Of a stretch of DNA of 32,000 bases, positions 27,701 to 32,000 are shown in pieces. Both the position numbers and the translations under genes were made by a program. Origin of the DNA: Candidatus Harpocratesius repetitus (GTDB lineage Archaea > Asgardarchaeota > Lokiarchaeia > Sigyniarchaeales > Promethearchaeaceae); contig JAIZWK010000001.1 in NCBI GenBank assembly GCA_021498095.1, positions 1,260,001 to 1,292,000 of the forward strand, in the 5' to 3' direction. The notes beneath the pieces were generated by a model, which did no database searches, had not been told where the DNA came from, and saw only the letters and a list, made by a program, of their open reading frames with translations. Each line of letters starts with the position of its first letter. Position 1 is the first letter of the stretch.

Positions 27701-27800
27701 CTCCTGAAACCAACATAATGCTAACAATAATCCCAACCATTATAAGAAGTGAACGGGTTTTATTGCGCCATAAGGAACGTCGTAAATAATTTCGTATCAT
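24798..27800 (-). CDS. FtsX-like ABC permease (duplicated FtsX architecture)
   Basis: Two FtsX signatures (QRRREIALLKVKGG and EKSHDMGLLRARG), large extracytoplasmic loops, adjacent ATPase. Confidence 0.88.
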   Translation of the reverse strand: MIRNYLRRSLWRNKTRSLLIMVGIIVSIMLVSGVNIASNRMALHMIKEQLDEVKVDFTLKSRDDNITANLDKLNKLSLEIDEYLTSYVVGSATYYQSIYIPNSTSINWSDYLSNDDYRLWNRFNFSIFCGLYQNIFEEQQIQSRFSDVIQFNTPLNLSQDGIYIDSSFAQYMQLNPGDNLTIRVVFQEYMNIGENYVEVNHLINSTNIPVLGTIDVSDMQNIQQIIGASDYYFPDGSRLILGNISYIQNLIDEMELMMHNVAENPVSSYENLWQNGGNLFSIQYAVLLEHSEILNIQPSEISDRLDYISTRISRIGEGGFHSISTSLKQVVRQVQFQMILYQTLFLFISLPVLILGWYLCKTNWLLSYQQRRREIALLKVKGGITAQLKSMFFLEALIIGGIGGILGILGGNFTSTLVLSRIYPQALQDQTTISIISQIFSGEYMKLSTWIIGIIGGIIISIFAVRKPLKEFSKMEPIEGLAKYHEVSYNTIPKKKIDWILLIVGGFPILISIIGDLLMNQANFGLLIILYPLISISTAILPFAPFILTYALVKLLCRNISFFQKVVSQISKLFSKNISVFTSKSIINNQARSFRLVFIVAMALSFLVLSATVEGSEINYQNQRNTILSGNGVRVDLYSSRLGTDGIDNLVSNLQPNFSDVNVRGLNWLGTLYGGRLKTSIEVYDGFYDDYGYMGSPNVVLISAENYTKDINIYSKWINSEYGVEVISKLSQGNYCLIPDSMVEQGYKVGENLTIQYNSANDSISELIELEIKILGSYSAFPLTDEYTWNPEIIIANQTIQDGIIKDITITFYPSAGSSLEEIDIDKLITLIKEWDPNGYVEKYQTWNEGVTDITGSLLRFLNLESLYLLTIVTFGIAIIMYISINEKSHDMGLLRARGVEKKVIYKIQIAEGLTLILLGTLFTFTGILGGASIIIQLNNLSGMGISGALQREIYIQWGKLLLQLAGSIFAFIVSIAIAVAIETRKSDVSKIGDLLRISA

Positions 27801-28127
27801 ATCTTAAATTCTCCGAGTTTTAAAAATCAATTTTTTTTCATTTTTATTTAAATATTCATAATTTTTACTCAATTTTACCCATTGTATTATTCATAAAAGC
27901 AACCAATTTTTGAAATTTTCCTTTATTTTTCCTTTAAATAATATATGGAGAAAAAAAGAATATAAATTCGATTTTAGCGATAAATTTGATAAATTTACGC
28001 ATTTACCAATATTCCATCCAAATTTGAAATTTGTCGATCAGAAATTTAGATCTTTTTTTAACAAATTCAACTATAATTTGATTAAAAATAGTCAAAGAAC
28101 AACCCATAATTATATTTTCTAAAGTTC

Positions 28128-28234
28128 ATCTTTGCCGACTGAAATAATTCTTTGACAATTTTGATTATTATCGAAAAAAGAAAGATTAAAATGGAAATTC
28201 AGTCAAGAATAAAGAAGTTGCTAGAACCTCTTAA
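28128..28234 (+). repeat. Dispersed intergenic repeat, copy 2 (homolog at 1268-1373)
   Basis: See copy 1; ends 37 nt upstream of the LOG start codon. Confidence 0.9.
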
Positions 28235-28271
28235 TGCAGAAAATCAAAAATTATAAGGAATTATTCTACAT

Positions 28272-28853
28272 ATGATTAAATCCATAGCCGTATTTTGCTC
28301 TTCAAGTAATTTTATTGCTCCTAAGTTTTTTGATATTGCTCAAAAGATAGGTGAATTGCTTGTTAAAAACAATTATCACTTAATTTATGGAGGGTCGGCT
28401 GTTGGACTAATGGGAAAATTAGCTGAAACGGTTAAAATAAATGGGGGTGTTGTGGTTGGCATTATTCCTGAAGCAATATCTTCTAAAGTACCTCATATAG
28501 ATAACTATGATGAATTAATTATAACCAATAGCATGAGAGAACGGAAAGCTGAAATTGAAAAGCGCGCTGATGCATTCATCGCTTTACCAGGTGGTTTTGG
28601 AACGTTGGAAGAGTTAATTGAGATAATTACCTTGAAGCAATTACAGTATCACAATAAACCAATTGTTATTCTTAATGCTTTCGGATTCTATAATTATCTT
28701 TTAAAGCATTTTGAATATCTTTTTACCAATTCATTCGCGAACCAACAATTCAAGCGACTTTATCATGTTGTTGAATCGCCTATAGCCGCAATAACTTATT
28801 TTAAGCAATTTTCTTTATCAAGTATTCCCATTTTTGGAAATTTTTCGCTTTAA
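28272..28853 (+). CDS. LOG family (TIGR00730) nucleotide phosphoribohydrolase
   Basis: IYGGSAVGLMG, MRERKA and ALPGGFGTLEE motifs. Confidence 0.93.
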   Translation: MIKSIAVFCSSSNFIAPKFFDIAQKIGELLVKNNYHLIYGGSAVGLMGKLAETVKINGGVVVGIIPEAISSKVPHIDNYDELIITNSMRERKAEIEKRADAFIALPGGFGTLEELIEIITLKQLQYHNKPIVILNAFGFYNYLLKHFEYLFTNSFANQQFKRLYHVVESPIAAITYFKQFSLSSIPIFGNFSL

Positions 28854-29045
28854 TGGAATAAACGAGCAAGTATAATTAATTCAAAGATGATCAACTTTAT
28901 TTAGAATAAATATTTACATGTAAACCATATGAACCATATGAAAATAAAAAAATCATATTGTGCCAGTTGAAAGTAATGGAATTTTTATTTGTACTATATG
29001 AAAGTACTATTTAATTATATCTAATATTTCTGAGATTTTTATATT

Positions 29046-29876
29046 TTGGAAAATATTTTTTGGAGGATGATATCCATATCGATGGTCTGGCATGAAATTT
29101 TATTTTCAATCTGCGTAGGTTCTCTTATAGCAGGAATATTATTAGTTAGTTTGCTTCTCTTTTTATCTGCAACCTCGCTCTCAACTAGTAATCATATTGA
29201 GCATTTTGGTGCAGATTCTGGCACAGATGCTGCAATTAATGATAATTTTGAAGGGGATCATTCGCTTTCAAGCGATCATGATATTAGTTCGGAGCATGAA
29301 TTTACTTCTGATCATGATATTAGTTCGGAGCATGAATTTACTTCTGATCATGATATTAGTTCGGAGCATGAATTTAGTTCGGAGCATGATTTTGCTTCTG
29401 ATTTCATAAGTGAAAGCCAATTTCCTGAATTTGTGCAAACTAAAGGTAAAACGCCATTATCTCTAAAATTTTCTCTTTTCTTGCTTTGGTTTGGTGCTAT
29501 TGGAATATTCCTATATGATTATATAAAATTAAAAGAATTTTGGATTATTTTGACCATTCTATTATCTTTTGGTATATCAATTATAATCACAAAATTTTGG
29601 AGCAAAATTGCTCGAAATACTATGTATCGAGTCCGTTTAGGCAATGAATTGATTGGAAGACAAGCTACTGTTAAAATTCCCGTTTCAAAAGGGGGTGGTG
29701 TCATATCTGTAAACACTTATGATGCCGTCCAAACACTGGCTGCAAGATCACTTCATCCATTATCTTATTTTTATCCAGGTGATCAAGTGTATATTTGCAT
29801 AGTAAAAGATGGCATGTATTTAGTAGATGATAATCCTGAAAGTGCAAGAATTCAAACTCGAAAATTTAAGAATTAA
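29046..29876 (+). CDS. NfeD/YqiJ-like membrane protein with His/Asp/Glu-rich repeat loop and C-terminal OB-like domain
   Basis: TM1, acidic His loop, two more TMs, LIGRQATVKIPV..GVISV..G-x-x-V OB-type pattern; directly upstream of an SPFH gene; start may be ATG 29067 or 29082. Confidence 0.8.
   Translation: MENIFWRMISISMVWHEILFSICVGSLIAGILLVSLLLFLSATSLSTSNHIEHFGADSGTDAAINDNFEGDHSLSSDHDISSEHEFTSDHDISSEHEFTSDHDISSEHEFSSEHDFASDFISESQFPEFVQTKGKTPLSLKFSLFLLWFGAIGIFLYDYIKLKEFWIILTILLSFGISIIITKFWSKIARNTMYRVRLGNELIGRQATVKIPVSKGGGVISVNTYDAVQTLAARSLHPLSYFYPGDQVYICIVKDGMYLVDDNPESARIQTRKFKN
29274..29393 (+). repeat. 36-bp coding tandem repeat (DHDISSEHEFTS)
   Basis: gatcatgatattagttcggagcatgaatttacttct exact x2, then a 30-bp partial unit and an 18-bp sub-unit. 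Confidence 0.95.
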
Positions 29877-30036
29877 AGGTTTTTGAAAGAAATCGTAAAA
29901 TCAAGATTATAAATTAACCAATTATTTTTTTTAGTTATTCCATTCAAAAATAATCAAATAAAAAATAGAAAAGAATAAACAAAATTTAAAAATATAAAAT
30001 AAAAAAAGGTAAAAAAAAATAAAGGATGTATAAAAA

Positions 30037-31206
30037 ATGGCAGAATTCGAATTAGGTCCGGCTGGTATTGTTCTTTTAGTCGTGCTAACTTTGGTATTTA
30101 TCGCAGTATTTTTTGCTTCGCGATATCGAAAATTTAAAACAAATGTATATGTAATTCACTTGCGTAATGGGAAAGTACATTCAGCAGGTCGTGGCGGGAA
30201 GGTAATAAAATTACCCTTAATTGATGAAATTGTGGTAATTCCCACAACCACGCGCAAAACCTTGTTAAATTCAAGTGAAAAAATCTTATCACGAGAATTT
30301 CAAGATGTGAAAATCTCTGCAATTCTTTATTGGAGAGTCTCAAATCCTCAAACAGCATTTAATGCAGTTCAATGGGATCCTCGTTCACCTGATTACGTTG
30401 AACACATTTTAAGCACAGCCACTGAAGCCATCATTCGAACAACATGTGCAGGTTTAGAAATTGAGAAAATCATTTGTGAAAGAACAGAGATAATTAAATT
30501 GATTACTGATCAGCTATTAAATTTAACTCGTGATTGGGGTATTGTAATCGAAAGTTTAGAAATAACTGAAGTTCAAGTGCTAGATTCCCAGTTAAAGGAT
30601 AATATGGAAGCAATTAAAAAAATCGAAGAAAAACGCAAGGCTAAATTATCTGAAGCCAATGCAGCTGAAAAATATCGATTAAGAGAAATTGAAGTAGCAC
30701 GATTGGCTGGCGTTGCTGATAAGAATGCACAAATTCAAATTCAACAAGAAGAAATGAAACGGATGGAAATTGAAGCAGAAGCTTATAGAAAAGCCACAGT
30801 GCTAAGGGCAAGAGCTGATGCTGAAGCAATACGAATGAAGAAACTTGCTGAATATCAGGCTGAAGCAGAAGGTGTGCGGCAAAAAATGATGGCAGAAGCT
30901 GAAGGATTAGAAAAACAAGTTGCGGCTATCTCCAAAGCAGATCCAAATTTTATTACATTGAAGTTGTTAGAACGATTACCTGAAATATATTCAAAGTTGG
31001 CACCTGAAAAGATGATTGTTTTAGGAGAGGGGAGTCAGAGCTTCAATTCTTTGATTTCCAGCATTGTTCCAATGATGGAATTGCTACCCGATTTTCGAAG
31101 ATATATGAAAAATAAAGATTCATTCTCATCAGAACTTACGAGTACTTCACCAAAAAAAAAAATAAAGAAAGATCAAAAGATAGAAAGTATCGTTCGAGCT
31201 GCGTAG
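30037..31206 (+). CDS. SPFH/flotillin family protein
   Basis: N-terminal TM, band-7 domain (WRVSNPQTA, WGIVIESLEITEV), AEA-rich flotillin coiled coil. Confidence 0.9.
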   Translation: MAEFELGPAGIVLLVVLTLVFIAVFFASRYRKFKTNVYVIHLRNGKVHSAGRGGKVIKLPLIDEIVVIPTTTRKTLLNSSEKILSREFQDVKISAILYWRVSNPQTAFNAVQWDPRSPDYVEHILSTATEAIIRTTCAGLEIEKIICERTEIIKLITDQLLNLTRDWGIVIESLEITEVQVLDSQLKDNMEAIKKIEEKRKAKLSEANAAEKYRLREIEVARLAGVADKNAQIQIQQEEMKRMEIEAEAYRKATVLRARADAEAIRMKKLAEYQAEAEGVRQKMMAEAEGLEKQVAAISKADPNFITLKLLERLPEIYSKLAPEKMIVLGEGSQSFNSLISSIVPMMELLPDFRRYMKNKDSFSSELTSTSPKKKIKKDQKIESIVRAA

Positions 31207-31404
31207 ATGATGATCAATCATAATACACATATTTATTTGAATGATTTACCAAAACTTTCAAAACTTTTGAAATATTTTTTTTTTCATCTATTTATTAATA
31301 TTTAGAGTGATTTATAAAGAAAAGATATTGAAATCAAAAAATAGTAAAGTTTATTGGAAAATCTCTCTTTTTTCCTTCACTATAAATACTAAAGGTGAAT
31401 TCCC

Positions 31405-32000
31405 ATTTCTTCAGATTTACCTAATCAACACACATCCCCTTTTAAATACCCAAAATTCTCTAAACCATCATCTTTTTTGTGGTTAATTATTTTTGTTAAT
31501 TTCTTGCGAGTATTGGGCAATTCTTCCATTTCAATGGGACTTCCCAATTATATTGTGACATTGGATGGTGAATCTATGGCTTACGGCTTAGTTTTAGCAA
31601 TTTATACCCTTACTCAAACTGTTTTTCAAACTCCTCTTGCTCTGCTTTCTGATAGATTAGGTCGTAAGAGAATGGTATTAATTGGAATGGGTATTTTTTT
31701 AATAGGAACAATTTTATGCAGTATTGCCACCACCCTTCAACAATTAATTATTTTCAGAGGTGTGCAAGGCATTGGTGCTTATTCTTCAATTTTGTTAACT
31801 ATGATTACGGATACTTTTTCGAAAGAAAATCGTTCACGTGCGATTTCCTATTATATGATGTCCATGACGGGTGGTTATTTAGTGGGTACAATGGTAGGAG
31901 GCTTAATATCGGAATTTTTAGGAATGCGTGGCGTTTTTTTTGTTTGTGCTGTTCTTATTAGTTTGGCAATGTTAGCCATTTTAATTTTTCTTCAAGAAAC
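31405..32000 (+). CDS. MFS transporter, truncated by the window end (absent from the ORF track)
   Basis: My translation of frame +1 is open from 31399 to the end: motif A LLSDRLGRKR, FRGVQGIGA, DTFSKENRSRA. Start uncertain (ATT 31405 or TTG 31477). Confidence 0.85.
   Translation, partial: MSSDLPNQHTSPFKYPKFSKPSSFLWLIIFVNFLRVLGNSSISMGLPNYIVTLDGESMAYGLVLAIYTLTQTVFQTPLALLSDRLGRKRMVLIGMGIFLIGTILCSIATTLQQLIIFRGVQGIGAYSSILLTMITDTFSKENRSRAISYYMMSMTGGYLVGTMVGGLISEFLGMRGVFFVCAVLISLAMLAILIFLQE

Noticed and set aside
27853-27896. Two TATTCATAA half-sites upstream of the FtsX permease
   Set aside because: Neither has the matching left arm, and a 9-mer this AT-rich can occur by chance.
27910-28122. 70-aa F/K/N-rich ORF upstream of repeat copy 2
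   Set aside because: TTG start, composition typical of AT-rich non-coding DNA, no RBS or motif.
29274-29393. 36-bp repeat as a CRISPR array
   Set aside because: Units are directly adjacent with no spacers, are in frame within a CDS, and no cas genes are present.

Overview
AT-rich (roughly 30% GC by eye), gene-dense prokaryotic window. It is most consistent with an Asgard archaeon (Lokiarchaeia/Promethearchaeota-like). This is an inference from (A/G)GTGA-type RBS motifs, an RHH fusion protein, an archaeal NrdD-like ATP cone, WD40 and TM-Zn-ribbon proteins, and a 1000-aa FtsX-type permease. No rRNA, tRNA, CRISPR array or transposase was recognised. The central block (8193-14994) is an 'orange protein (ORP)'-like metal/Fe-S cluster locus: two NifB/NifX proteins, two MinD-like ATPases with inserted 2x[4Fe-4S] domains, DUF5320, a Cys-bearing Lrp and two outward-facing DUF134 regulators. 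The same 20-bp palindrome TTATGAATA-N2-TATTCATAA occurs upstream of two of its transcription units. Two non-coding signals are not explained by the ORF track. The first is a ~100-bp repeat present twice, 27 kb apart (1268-1373 and 28128-28234, 83/99 identical and ungapped), in the same orientation upstream of the patatin and LOG genes. The second is a ~200-bp element (23573-23774) closed by a 22-bp helix whose only non-Watson-Crick pairs are G.U. Other genes: orphan beta-class DNA adenine methyltransferase, GNAT, AIM24, PIG-L deacetylase, M24 and M1 peptidases, Cys-less HesB-like protein, stand-alone ATP cone, ABC/FtsX transporter, NfeD-like/flotillin pair with a 36-bp His-rich tandem repeat, and a truncated MFS gene missing from the ORF track that may start at ATT.
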